This document shows positions 45,743 through 55,389 of a stretch of 64,000 nucleotides of DNA, one piece after another. Origin of the DNA: Acidobacteriota bacterium (GTDB lineage Bacteria > Acidobacteriota > UBA6911 > RPQK01 > JAJDTT01); NCBI GenBank assembly GCA_965217775.1, contig CBDCJH010000002.1:5024001-5088000 (forward strand), in the 5' to 3' direction. Position 1 is the first letter of the stretch; each line of letters starts with the position of its first letter. Made by a program: the position numbers and the translations under genes. Below the pieces are notes generated by a model that saw nothing but the letters and a program-made list of their open reading frames with translations, did no database searches and was not told where the DNA came from.

Positions 45743-46411
45743 ATGGCAATCGTCGCACCACCTCCCCCTCCCAAGACCGCCGTCCGGGGATTGGACCCCG
45801 GCGGTCCTGTCCTGCCCGGCGCTCCGGCCGCGCCCACCGGGCGCGGAGGCTGGGGCGATTCCTGGGGAGGCCGGCCGGGAGTTCCCGAGCATCGCTACTA
45901 CACGGGAATGCTGGTGCTCATGGCAGCGGTGACCATGCTGTTCGCCGCCTTCACCAGCGCCTACATCGTGCGCAAGGGGATCTCGGAAGATTGGCTCCCG
46001 ACGGCGATTCCCGCCCTGGTCTGGGTGAACACGGCTGTGCTGCTGGCCAGCAGCCTCACGCTGGAGAGGGCCCGGAGGCTCTACGGCCAGACGGCCGCCC
46101 TCGCCAGATGGTGGCTGGCGACCACCGGCCTCGGCGTCATCTTTCTATTGGGGCAGCTCGTGGTCTGGCAGCAAATGGTTGGTGCCGGAATCTATCTGCG
46201 CACCAATCCCAGCAGCGCCTTCTTCTACATCCTGACGGGCGCCCACGGCGTCCATCTCCTGGGCGGCGTGGCGGCGCTGGCCTATTTGTCCCGCCGGTTG
46301 CTGCAGGATCGTCCGCCGACCCGCACGGTTCTCAACGTTACGGCCATCTACTGGCATTTCATGGATGGACTCTGGGTCTATCTTCTGTTGTTCATTTTCC
46401 TTTGGAGGTAA
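45743..46411 (+). CDS. Cytochrome c oxidase subunit III-like (first copy)
   Basis: FAAFTSAY, LTGAHGVH and YWHFMD motifs. Confidence 0.9.
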   Translation: MAIVAPPPPPKTAVRGLDPGGPVLPGAPAAPTGRGGWGDSWGGRPGVPEHRYYTGMLVLMAAVTMLFAAFTSAYIVRKGISEDWLPTAIPALVWVNTAVLLASSLTLERARRLYGQTAALARWWLATTGLGVIFLLGQLVVWQQMVGAGIYLRTNPSSAFFYILTGAHGVHLLGGVAALAYLSRRLLQDRPPTRTVLNVTAIYWHFMDGLWVYLLLFIFLWR

Positions 46412-46414
46412 TGG

Positions 46415-47038
46415 ATGGCTCAGCAGGCACACGACGCGAGCATTTCCGATTGGGCGGGTGGGCGTTCCCCCTTCGCCGTCGGTTCCAAGAAGCTGGGGAT
46501 GTGGCTCTTCATCCTCTCCGACACCTTGACCTTCACGGCGTTGCTGGTGGCCTACACTTACGTCCGAGTCGCCAACGAGGGCTGGCCCCGCCCCTTCGAG
46601 CCGGCCAGCATCGCGTTGGCTTCGGTCATGACCTTCTGCCTGCTCTCCAGTTCGCTGACCATGGTCCTGGCCGTCGCCGCCGCTCACCGGGGCGATCGAT
46701 CGACGGCGGCAAAGTGGATCTGGGCCACCATAGCGGGAGGGCTGGCCTTCATCGTGCTCCACGCCACCGAATGGATGCAGTTGATCCAACATGGAGTCAC
46801 TCCCTTCGGAAATCCCTGGGGGGTTCCGCTGTTCGGGGCCACCTTCTTCACCCTGACCGGGCTCCACATGACACACGTGACCGCCGGCGTCATTTATCTG
46901 GGGATCGTGGCCTGGGGTTTCAAGGGCGGTCGTTTCAACTCCGAGGACGTGGAGGTGAGCGGCCTCTACTGGCACTTCGTGGACTTGGTGTGGATGTTCA
47001 TCTTCCCCTTGGTCTACCTGTTGTCCAACGTAATCTGA
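46415..47038 (+). CDS. Cytochrome c oxidase subunit III-like (second copy)
   Basis: KLGMWLFILSD, TGLHMTHV and GLYWHFVDLVW motifs. Confidence 0.92.
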   Translation: MAQQAHDASISDWAGGRSPFAVGSKKLGMWLFILSDTLTFTALLVAYTYVRVANEGWPRPFEPASIALASVMTFCLLSSSLTMVLAVAAAHRGDRSTAAKWIWATIAGGLAFIVLHATEWMQLIQHGVTPFGNPWGVPLFGATFFTLTGLHMTHVTAGVIYLGIVAWGFKGGRFNSEDVEVSGLYWHFVDLVWMFIFPLVYLLSNVI

Positions 47039-47059
47039 GATCCGGAGAAAGGCGAGTCC

Positions 47060-47356
47060 ATGAGTGACGAACATTCCCACAATCGGCTCTATCTGACGGT
47101 TTGGGTGGTGCTCCTGGTGGTGACCGTCGTGGAGGTGGTGCTGGCTTACATCAACCTCTCGATCATGCTCATGTTGTTCACGCTGGTGACCCTCTCCTTC
47201 TTCAAGGCGGGTCTCATCGTGGCCTACTTCATGCACCTGCGTTACGAGAAGTTCAGCCTCTTCGTCTCCCTGATACCCATGCTGTTGATCTGCGTCATTC
47301 TGATGCTGGCGTTTCCGCTTCCGGACGGGGCCCGGGTGCTGGAGTTGAAGCCGTAG
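47060..47356 (+). CDS. Cytochrome c oxidase subunit IV
   Basis: KAGLIVAYFMHLRYE; three TM segments. Confidence 0.88.
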   Translation: MSDEHSHNRLYLTVWVVLLVVTVVEVVLAYINLSIMLMLFTLVTLSFFKAGLIVAYFMHLRYEKFSLFVSLIPMLLICVILMLAFPLPDGARVLELKP

Positions 47357-47598
47357 TGGACAGACGCCGGGAGGGAAAGGTCCGGTTCTTGCGCCGCGCC
47401 GCGTTCACCATGGCGGTGCTCGGGATGATTTCCGGGGCGGATTCCGAACTAGTGGCCCAAGGGTGCGCCATGTGCAAGAGTTCCGCCCAGGTGCTGGGCC
47501 AGTTTTCGACTTTGAATGCCGGGATCCTGGTGCTCGGGGTGCCGCCCGTGTTGATCCTGGCGCTGTTCCTTTATCTGGCCTTTCGTCAACGGCCGTGA
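47356..47598 (+). CDS. Small membrane protein with a QGCAMC motif
   Basis: GTG overlapping the subunit IV stop; signal-like segment, CxxC, LNAGILVL TM helix. Confidence 0.65.
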   Translation: MDRRREGKVRFLRRAAFTMAVLGMISGADSELVAQGCAMCKSSAQVLGQFSTLNAGILVLGVPPVLILALFLYLAFRQRP

Positions 47599-47765
47599 AG
47601 CGGCCAAAGACTCCCGCCGGTGGACCTGGGCGCTTGGCCAAGACCCTGCCGTGGCGCTCTTGACAAGGTCCGGCGGTGGATGTTTTAACAGTCCGGGGAC
47701 TGGCGAAGACGCCGGGTGGGAGTCAAGTCGAATCGTTGTTCTGAAACCTGCGAGTTGGATCAAGA

Positions 47766-48293
47766 ATGCCAGTAAGAAAAGTGACTCGGTCGGATAAAGT
47801 TACCAAGAGCGAGAGACGCCTGATCCGGCGCCGCAAGTTCGCTTTTGCCAGCATATTTACCTTTCTGGCCGCCAATTTCTTCATGACCTTGCGGTTTTTC
47901 TTCCCGCGCACCCTGTTCGAGCCCAAGACCAGCTTCAAGGTGGGCTATCCGAGCGATTTCGGATTCGGCGTGGACACGCGTTTTCAGCAGAAATACCGCA
48001 TCTGGGTGGTGCGCAACGCGGAGGGCGTCTTCGTCATTTCCGCCATCTGCACCCATTTGGGGTGTACGCCGGACTGGGTCGAGAGCGAGCAGAAGTTCAA
48101 GTGTCCTTGTCATGGCAGCGGCTACGACAGTGAAGGCAGGAACTTCGAAGGTCCGGCCCCCCGCCCCATGGACCGGGCCCACGTGGAGTTGGCGCCGGAC
48201 GGGCAGATCCTGGTGGACGTGAGCCGGGTCTACAAGTGTCCGCCGGGAGCGCCGTGCGAGTTCCGGGAAGAAGGGTCGTACCTGGCTGTCTGA
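47766..48293 (+). CDS. Rieske iron-sulfur subunit of a Rieske/cytochrome b complex
   Basis: Tat-like RRRKF, TM helix, CTHLGC and CPCHGSGY boxes, GPAPRP. Confidence 0.94.
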   Translation: MPVRKVTRSDKVTKSERRLIRRRKFAFASIFTFLAANFFMTLRFFFPRTLFEPKTSFKVGYPSDFGFGVDTRFQQKYRIWVVRNAEGVFVISAICTHLGCTPDWVESEQKFKCPCHGSGYDSEGRNFEGPAPRPMDRAHVELAPDGQILVDVSRVYKCPPGAPCEFREEGSYLAV

Positions 48294-48344
48294 ACCCGGT
48301 TGTCGGAATCATACGAACCGTTGGAGATCTGAGCGAGGAAGACC

Positions 48345-49271
48345 ATGGTGCAGAAAAAGCGGGGAAAGGTGGAGCCGGCTCCCCCTCCCGGAAAGCTCAA
48401 GTCGCTCCTCAACCAAGTCCAGGCCGTCCTTGATCCCTACATCGGATCCTTCGTTGTCAAGGGTAAGGACGATGTCAAGGCGATCCGGCAATACAAGGGG
48501 AGTCGACTCTGGAAGTCGGTCTTTCGTCACAAGCTGGACGACACCCCCCGCAACCGTTCCCTGGCGGTTCTGACCAACGTCTTTCTGCATCTGCATCCGG
48601 CCAAGATCAACCGGGACGCCGTCCGCTTTCGTTTCACCTGGGGCATGGGCGGACTCTCCTTCTACCTCTTTCTGGTCCTGACCATCACCGGCATCTTCCT
48701 CATGTTCTACTACCACCCGACCAAGGGTCAGGCCTACGCGGACATCATGTTCCTGCACAACGACGTCCCCTTCGGCGGCCTGCTGCGCAACATGCACCGC
48801 TGGGCCGCCCATCTGATGATCCTGACGGTGTGGCTCCACATGTTCCGGGTGTTTCTGACCGGCTCGTACAAGTCGCCGAGGGAGTTCAACTGGACCGTCG
48901 GCGTGATCTGCCTGGTCTTGACCCTGCTCCTCTCCTTCACCGGCTACCTGTTGCCGGACGATCAACTGGGTTTCTGGGCGGTCACGGTGGGGACCAACAT
49001 GGCCCGCGCCACGCCCCTGCTGGGCCACGAGGGCCCCTTCGGTCCCGAGTTGGGGATCACGGCCTACAACGACGTGAGGTTTGCCTTGCTGGGTGGGTCC
49101 ATCGTGGATGCCAACGCCCTGTTGCGGGCCTACATCTGGCATTGCATCGCCATCCCCTTCTTGCTGGTGGCATTTTTGGCCGTCCATTTCTGGCGGGTGC
49201 GAAAGGACGGAAGCATCTCCGGTCCGGCGCCGGTCATGCTGGAATCGGAGATCAAGCGCGTCAGGAGATGA
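48345..49271 (+). CDS. Cytochrome b, N-terminal (b6-like) subunit
   Basis: RNMHRWAAHLM...LHMFRVF.TGSYK.PREFNW, FTGYLLP and WHC..AVHF heme ligands. Confidence 0.94.
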   Translation: MVQKKRGKVEPAPPPGKLKSLLNQVQAVLDPYIGSFVVKGKDDVKAIRQYKGSRLWKSVFRHKLDDTPRNRSLAVLTNVFLHLHPAKINRDAVRFRFTWGMGGLSFYLFLVLTITGIFLMFYYHPTKGQAYADIMFLHNDVPFGGLLRNMHRWAAHLMILTVWLHMFRVFLTGSYKSPREFNWTVGVICLVLTLLLSFTGYLLPDDQLGFWAVTVGTNMARATPLLGHEGPFGPELGITAYNDVRFALLGGSIVDANALLRAYIWHCIAIPFLLVAFLAVHFWRVRKDGSISGPAPVMLESEIKRVRR

Positions 49272-49330
49272 GCTCTCCTACAGGCAGACCCTGTTGCGGG
49301 CTGCCTGCCGGGTGAAGCGAGGACATTGAC

Positions 49331-50266
49331 ATGGATTGGTATCAGCTCTGGGCGATCGTCTCCCTGCCCGACAACATTCCCATTGTGGCCATGATCGTGC
49401 TGGTCCCCTTCTTCTGCTGGTACGCGTTCCGGCAGGCGCTGGCCACCGACCGGTTGATCGTGCAGTTGGAGGCCGACCCCAAGGCGGCCCGGGGCCACTA
49501 CCGGAAGATCGAGCCGTTTCGGAAAGGTTGGGAGCGGAAGCTCCACGTCTGGCCCTATCTGTTGAGGGTGGAATTGCTGGCCACCGTGATCGTCACGGTG
49601 ATTCTGATGGTCTGGTCCATCACCCTCAACGCCCCTTTGGAGGAGCCGGCCAATCCCAACCTGACCATGAATCCGTCCAAGGCCCCATGGTATTTCCTGG
49701 GCCTGCAGGAGATGCTGGTCTATTTCGATCCCTGGATCGCCGGGGTCCTGATGCCGACGCTCATCATCATCGGGCTGATGGCCATCCCCTACATCGACAC
49801 CAACCCTCTGGGGAACGGCTACTACACCTTCCGCCAGAGGAAATTCGCCATCCTGGCCTTCTGTTTCGGTTTTCTGGTCCTCTGGAGCGTCATGATCGTC
49901 ATCGGGACCTTCATCCGCGGGCCGGGGTGGATGTGGTTCTGGCCCGGGGCGACCTGGGACCATCACCGTCTGGTCTTTGAGACCAACCGGGACCTGCATG
50001 AGTTGCTGGGCATCACCCAGCAGCCATTCGTGGCGATCGTGGGCGCCGTCGCCGTCGGCCTCTATCTGGCGGTTTTCGGCTTCCTCCTCCACAAGTTGAT
50101 CCTGTCCAAAGAATTCAATCGGAAGATCTACGCCAGGATGACCCTGATCCAGTACATCCTCCTCCAGTCCCTGCTGCTGATCATGGTGGCGCTGCCGGTC
50201 AAGATCATTCTCCGGCTGGTATTTCGCATAAAATATGTCTGGGTGACCCCATGGTTCAACGTTTGA
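49331..50266 (+). CDS. Cytochrome b C-terminal subunit (subunit IV-like, extended)
   Basis: PLEEPANP..T.NPSKAPWYFLGLQE (PEWY-equivalent); multiple TM helices. Confidence 0.88.
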   Translation: MDWYQLWAIVSLPDNIPIVAMIVLVPFFCWYAFRQALATDRLIVQLEADPKAARGHYRKIEPFRKGWERKLHVWPYLLRVELLATVIVTVILMVWSITLNAPLEEPANPNLTMNPSKAPWYFLGLQEMLVYFDPWIAGVLMPTLIIIGLMAIPYIDTNPLGNGYYTFRQRKFAILAFCFGFLVLWSVMIVIGTFIRGPGWMWFWPGATWDHHRLVFETNRDLHELLGITQQPFVAIVGAVAVGLYLAVFGFLLHKLILSKEFNRKIYARMTLIQYILLQSLLLIMVALPVKIILRLVFRIKYVWVTPWFNV

Positions 50267-53200
50267 TCGCGCTGCTCCGGCGTCCATTTTCCCGGCGAGG
50301 GTCCCGCGGACCCTTCTGGGAACGGTCGGTACCGGAAAAAGATCCCATCGTCAATTCCTCGCTGGCCGTTCCCATGGCGGTGAGTTCCCTGCTGCTGATG
50401 GCGACGCTCATCTGGGCCTTCTACGAAGAAGGCTGGGGCCTCAGGCCGTGGAGGGCCCACCAGGACGAGTTCGTCGGGCGCTATTCCACGTTTTTGAGAG
50501 GCCTCAAGCCGCAGCAGGCGAGTCAGGAAGAGGAGATCAAGGCTTCGGAAGGGTACCAGGACCTGCTGCGGCAGCAACAGGAAGCGGAAGGCGCCGTCGG
50601 TCCCCGACTGGTAGAGATCGCGGCTGAGGAAGAAGCCATCGACGGCCAGCTCCGCGCCATCGAAAAGACCTTCACCACGGCCCGGAGCGAGATTCAGGCC
50701 ACCATCTACCTGATCGAGACCACGTCCGGCTCAGCCAGAAAAGGTTACGAAGAAGACCGCGGGCAGTTGGAGCAGAGACCGTTCGAGGTCCTGCTTCCCG
50801 GAGATGGTGCCCCTCAGGAGCTGAACTACCTCGAGTTGGAGGAGGTGTTCAATTCCCTGAAAGAGCGGCAAGGACGGGTTCGGGCCCGGAAAGCGGCGGT
50901 GCTGCAGCGGCCGAGCCAGGTCCGGCGGGAAATTCAGACCTACGTGGCCAACCGCATGGAAGGGCTCACGGCCGGCCAGGTTCAGGGCGTGATCAATTCG
51001 CTGGACGACTTCGAGTACGGGATCCATCAGATCCACAATGGAGACATGGGCCTGGTGGACCGGTGCGAGACGTGTCACCTGGGGATCACCGAGCCGGTTA
51101 CGATCCGGGCCGCCGACATGGGCGGAATCGAACTCTTCGCCAGCCATCCCCGGAAGGAGTTGTTGCAGGTTCACGATACGGAAGTGTACGGCTGCTCACC
51201 CTGCCACAACGGCAACGGAATCGGAACCGTGAGTGCCGTGACGGGCCACGGACGATACAAGCACTGGCTCTGGCCGCTCTACGCACCCGAGAACATGGAG
51301 GCCGGCTGCCTGCGGTGCCACGGCGATGCCGCCAGGTTGGACATGGCCCCGGTGTTGAGCGCGGGCCGCGAGCAGTTCCGCTGGCGCGGTTGTTGGGGCT
51401 GTCATCCCAGACAGGGGTTTGACCAGGAACGGCTGGCGTTGCGGATCCACCAAAAAGACGTTTCGACCCTGGAGGCCGAAAATGAGGCCGTCCGACTACT
51501 GATCGAGAGGACGGTGGCCCGGGCCGACGAGGCCGAAACCAACGAGGAGGCGAACCGGCTCTACGCGGAGGCCGACCGTCTCACGCTCTCCGTGGCCGAC
51601 CTGGACACCCGGGCCGACCGGGAGCGGGTACGGGGCCGGCAGCTGCTCGAAGAGGTCAAGACCCCCGGCCCGAATCTCAAGGAGGTTCGGGTCAAGTTGC
51701 GGCGTGACTGGCTGCCGGGATGGATCGAGAATCCCCACACCTTTCGGCCCACCACCAAGATGCCCCGGTTTCGCCTGGAAGAGGATCAGGCCCAGGCGAT
51801 TGCAGCTTTCGTCTGGCAGTCCGGCGTCAACGGAGATCCGGAGACTCAGGTCCAAGGTGATCCGGAACGGGGCAAGGTCCTGTTCGAGACCCGGGGGTGC
51901 ATGGCCTGTCACGCCATCGGCGAAGGCGATGAGGCGGTCGGGGGGACCTTCGCGGCCAATCTGAGCCGTGTGGGCGACAAGGTGCACTATGACTATCTGG
52001 TGCGCTGGATCCGGAATCCGCGGGAACGGACCCTCCCCTATTGTCCGGTCCACCAGCGGGACATCACTCCCGCGGACTATGCGTCCGCCGGGAAGCCGTT
52101 CCGTTTCGACCTCCAGAACAACGAATGTCCCTTGGGCAACCACATTCTCCAGGTGCAGAATCCCACGGTCATGCCCAACCTGCGTCTTTCCTTGGAAGAG
52201 AGCCGCAACATTGCGACCTACCTGAAGAGCCAAGCTCCGGGAGCCGAATATGCTGCCGCGGCGTGGCTGGAGGATTCGGAACTGGCGCCCAAGGGGCGCG
52301 CCATGATCCGCCACTTCGGCTGTGCCGGCTGCCACGAGATCGCGACCTTGGAGGAGGAAGGCAAGATCGGGACCGATCTCACGGAAGAGGGGAGCAAACC
52401 GCTGGAGCGTCTCGACTTTGCGCTGCTCACCCAGACCGCCAAGCGGGAGGGTTGGTACAACCACAAGGGATTCTTCGAGCGGAAGCTGGAGAATCCGGCT
52501 GTCTACGACGACGGTAAGATCAAGGAGCCGCTGGAGCGTCTCCGAATGCCCAACTTCGGTCTGGACCCGGAGGAAATCACCCAGCTCGCCACCTACCTGT
52601 TGGGAAGCGCGACGCCGGAGGACCGGGTTCCGGAGCGTTATCACTACCGGCCGCGGGATCAGAGGAGCCACATCCAAGAGGGCTGGGACATCATCCTCAA
52701 GTACAACTGCATGGGTTGCCACCAGGTGGCGCCGGGACAGCAGCCCGTGGTCAAGGGCCTGCCTCTTTACCAACAAGAGGATTGGCGGGAGCAGCTGCCT
52801 CCCCCATTGGTCGGGGAGGGCGCCAGAGTCAACCTCAACTGGTTGACCCGTTTCCTGAAGAACCCGGCTCTGGACGAGGAGCGGCCGCACCGCAACGGCG
52901 TCCGGCCCTATCTCCGGATCCGGATGCCCACCTTCACCCTTTCCGATGGGGAAGTGGAGAAGCTGGTGCGTTTCTTCGGGGCGCTGGCCCAGCAGCCGTT
53001 GCCCTATCTGCCCAAGATCCTGGATCCGCTATCGCAGCGGGAGTTGACCATGGCCCGCCAGCTCTTCACTCACCCGGCGGCGCCCTGCCTGCGGTGTCAC
53101 GCGACCGGCGACCCGCAGCATGACCGCAATGCGACGGCGCCCAGCTTCGAGCTGGTGAGTGAACGCCTGCAGCCGGACTGGACTCGGCGCTGGATGGTCC

Positions 53201-53388
53201 ATCCGGAGATCATACAGCCGGGGACCTCCATGCCCTCGGGATTGTTCGAGCGCGAGGAGAACCGCTGGATCTTCGCTCTGGCGGACCTCCCCATCATGAA
53301 GGACTACGAGAAGGACCACGCCGACCTTGTGCTACGATACATGTTCCAGTTCACGCAACAGGAACAGCGTCGGCTCAGAGGTCGATGA
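50251..53388 (+). CDS. Large membrane-anchored multiheme cytochrome c (8 CxxCH); start uncertain
   Basis: CETCH, CSPCH, CLRCH, CWGCH, CMACH, CAGCH, CMGCH, CLRCH; N-terminal TM segment and coiled coils. Confidence 0.92.
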   Translation: MVQRLIALLRRPFSRRGSRGPFWERSVPEKDPIVNSSLAVPMAVSSLLLMATLIWAFYEEGWGLRPWRAHQDEFVGRYSTFLRGLKPQQASQEEEIKASEGYQDLLRQQQEAEGAVGPRLVEIAAEEEAIDGQLRAIEKTFTTARSEIQATIYLIETTSGSARKGYEEDRGQLEQRPFEVLLPGDGAPQELNYLELEEVFNSLKERQGRVRARKAAVLQRPSQVRREIQTYVANRMEGLTAGQVQGVINSLDDFEYGIHQIHNGDMGLVDRCETCHLGITEPVTIRAADMGGIELFASHPRKELLQVHDTEVYGCSPCHNGNGIGTVSAVTGHGRYKHWLWPLYAPENMEAGCLRCHGDAARLDMAPVLSAGREQFRWRGCWGCHPRQGFDQERLALRIHQKDVSTLEAENEAVRLLIERTVARADEAETNEEANRLYAEADRLTLSVADLDTRADRERVRGRQLLEEVKTPGPNLKEVRVKLRRDWLPGWIENPHTFRPTTKMPRFRLEEDQAQAIAAFVWQSGVNGDPETQVQGDPERGKVLFETRGCMACHAIGEGDEAVGGTFAANLSRVGDKVHYDYLVRWIRNPRERTLPYCPVHQRDITPADYASAGKPFRFDLQNNECPLGNHILQVQNPTVMPNLRLSLEESRNIATYLKSQAPGAEYAAAAWLEDSELAPKGRAMIRHFGCAGCHEIATLEEEGKIGTDLTEEGSKPLERLDFALLTQTAKREGWYNHKGFFERKLENPAVYDDGKIKEPLERLRMPNFGLDPEEITQLATYLLGSATPEDRVPERYHYRPRDQRSHIQEGWDIILKYNCMGCHQVAPGQQPVVKGLPLYQQEDWREQLPPPLVGEGARVNLNWLTRFLKNPALDEERPHRNGVRPYLRIRMPTFTLSDGEVEKLVRFFGALAQQPLPYLPKILDPLSQRELTMARQLFTHPAAPCLRCHATGDPQHDRNATAPSFELVSERLQPDWTRRWMVHPEIIQPGTSMPSGLFEREENRWIFALADLPIMKDYEKDHADLVLRYMFQFTQQEQRRLRGR

Positions 53389-53474
53389 TCCACGGTGGCC
53401 CGTGACATGGGAGTCACGGACCGCAATGCTTAGACCGCCCGTTCGGGATAAACAATCTTCCGGGAGAGAAGACC

Positions 53475-54251
53475 ATGGAGAGAGCAAAGTTCATTTTCAC
53501 ACTTGTGGTGGCCGGATTGCTGGCGGCGTCATGCGGCGGCGGGGACGCGGAGCCCGCAGCCGACGAGGCGCCGGCTCCGGCGGCAGACATGAAACCGGCT
53601 CCCGACCTGTCTCAAGCCGGTTCGGTGGCGGGCAAAGTCAGCTTCGGCGGCAGTGTGCCGAAAAACGCCCGCATTCGCATGGATGCCGATCCGGTCTGCG
53701 TCAAGGAGCATTCGGGCATCGTGCGGAGTCAGGACATCCTGATCGGCGATGACGGCGCCTTGATCAACACCTTCGTCTGGGTCAAGACCGGCCTCGAGCA
53801 GTACGGCTTCGAGACGCCCGCCGAGCCGGTCAACCTGGACCAGAAGGGTTGCATCTACACGCCTCACGTCTTCGGAATACAGACCCGGCAGAAGCTCCAC
53901 GTCCTCAACAGCGACGGAACCACGCACAACGTTCATCCCCTGCCCAGGAACAACCGGGAGTGGAACCAGTCGCAGCGGGCCAAGGGCAAGCCTCTCATCC
54001 GGTCTTTCCCCCGCGCCGAGGTCATGATTCCGGTCAAGTGCAACGTGCACCCCTGGATGAAGAGCTATATCGGCGTCGTGCCTCATCCCTACTACGCCGT
54101 GACGGGAACCGACGGAGCCTTCGAGATCAAGAACCTCCCGCCGGGCGACTATGTCATTGAGGCTTGGCACGAGAAGTTCGGAGTCCAGGAACAGCAGGTG
54201 ACGGTCCAGGCCAGCGAGGCCAAGGAAGTCAGCTTCGAGTTTTCCGGCTGA
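53475..54251 (+). CDS. Lipoprotein with a cupredoxin-like motif and a carboxypeptidase-regulatory-like beta domain
   Basis: Lipobox LAASC; DQKGC.Y.PHV, HNVH, KCNVHPWM and AWHE motifs. Confidence 0.8.
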   Translation: MERAKFIFTLVVAGLLAASCGGGDAEPAADEAPAPAADMKPAPDLSQAGSVAGKVSFGGSVPKNARIRMDADPVCVKEHSGIVRSQDILIGDDGALINTFVWVKTGLEQYGFETPAEPVNLDQKGCIYTPHVFGIQTRQKLHVLNSDGTTHNVHPLPRNNREWNQSQRAKGKPLIRSFPRAEVMIPVKCNVHPWMKSYIGVVPHPYYAVTGTDGAFEIKNLPPGDYVIEAWHEKFGVQEQQVTVQASEAKEVSFEFSG

Positions 54252-54391
54252 TCCGCATTCTTCGAGGAGCGGCGGTATCCTTGCCGCCGAACGCCAGAGT
54301 CACAGTCACGTGACGCGGGACCGGGAGAAGGAGAGAGGGGGACAAGAATGCCCCCCTCCCAACAGGCCGTATCTCACAAGGCAATTCCAGC

Positions 54392-55333
54392 GTGGGACCT
54401 CAGAGTCTGCATACGGTACACAGGTTTGCGGTGGCGGCCACCGTGGCCACCTTCGTTCTGTTGGTGGCGGGAGCGTTGGTCACGAGCAACGATGCCGGCC
54501 TTTCGGTCCCGGACTGGCCCCTCTCCCACGGGAGTCTCATGCCCGAGATGGTGGGGGGTGTCTTCTATGAGCATTCCCACCGCTTGATCGCGGGGACGGT
54601 GGCGATTCTGACCTTGATACTGGCCATCTGGCTGGGCCGGGTGGAGTCGCGGCCCCGAGTCCGGCGTCTGGGCTGGACTGCCGTGGGGATGGTCTTGGCC
54701 CAAGCTCTGCTGGGCGGCCTCGCCGTACTGCTCTACCTGCCCGTCGCCATATCGGTCCTGCACGCGTGTCTCGCGCAACTGTTCTTCTGCACCGTGGCGG
54801 TCATCGCTCTGGTTACGTCCCCGGCCTGGAGGAACCGCAGCCTTTCCCGCTTTTGTCCCGGGGAAGACCGGAAAGAGGCTATCTTTTGCGGGTTGGCCAC
54901 GGGGGCCGTCTACCTCCAGTTGATTCTGGGTGCTCTGGTCCGGCACACGGGGACCGCCGAGGGCAGCAAGGGAGTCACTCTGGTGACGCACCCGCTCCTG
55001 GCCCACCTGGGCGGCGCCGTCGTGGCGGGAGGCCTGCTCCTGATGGCGGCGGCCAAGGTGCTCAGGAGTCCGAGCCTCAGGGGGTTCTCGGGCGGGGCGT
55101 ACGCCGTCGTTTTTCTGGTGTTGCTTCAGTTTCTGTTGGGTTTTGGTGCATTATGGGCGCGCGTCGTGAGAATGGGAGCAGCGCAGCCGTTCCCGTTGGG
55201 TGTCCTTCTCACTACTTCGCACTTGGCGTTGGGGGCAATTCTGCTGGCAACGGCGCTGCTGCTCACCCTGCAGATCTCTTTTTCGAACGCCGGCGCTGCC
55301 GCGGAGACGACTGCCGCGCCGGCGAGCCGTTGA
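54392..55333 (+). CDS. ctaA: Heme A synthase (COX15/CtaA)
   Basis: GALVTS..AGLSVPDWP, EHSHR, LHAC and LGALVRH motifs. Confidence 0.88.
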   Translation: MGPQSLHTVHRFAVAATVATFVLLVAGALVTSNDAGLSVPDWPLSHGSLMPEMVGGVFYEHSHRLIAGTVAILTLILAIWLGRVESRPRVRRLGWTAVGMVLAQALLGGLAVLLYLPVAISVLHACLAQLFFCTVAVIALVTSPAWRNRSLSRFCPGEDRKEAIFCGLATGAVYLQLILGALVRHTGTAEGSKGVTLVTHPLLAHLGGAVVAGGLLLMAAAKVLRSPSLRGFSGGAYAVVFLVLLQFLLGFGALWARVVRMGAAQPFPLGVLLTTSHLALGAILLATALLLTLQISFSNAGAAAETTAAPASR

Positions 55334-55389
55334 ATGAGGGTCGGCGCCCCGGCCCAACCTGACGGCGTCCGTTACCGGAGTTGGACCGC

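Noticed and set aside
47660-47690. Internal promoter (TTGACA) upstream of the Rieske gene
   Set aside because: The -35 is perfect, but there is no convincing -10 at 16-18 nt spacing, so it was left uncalled.
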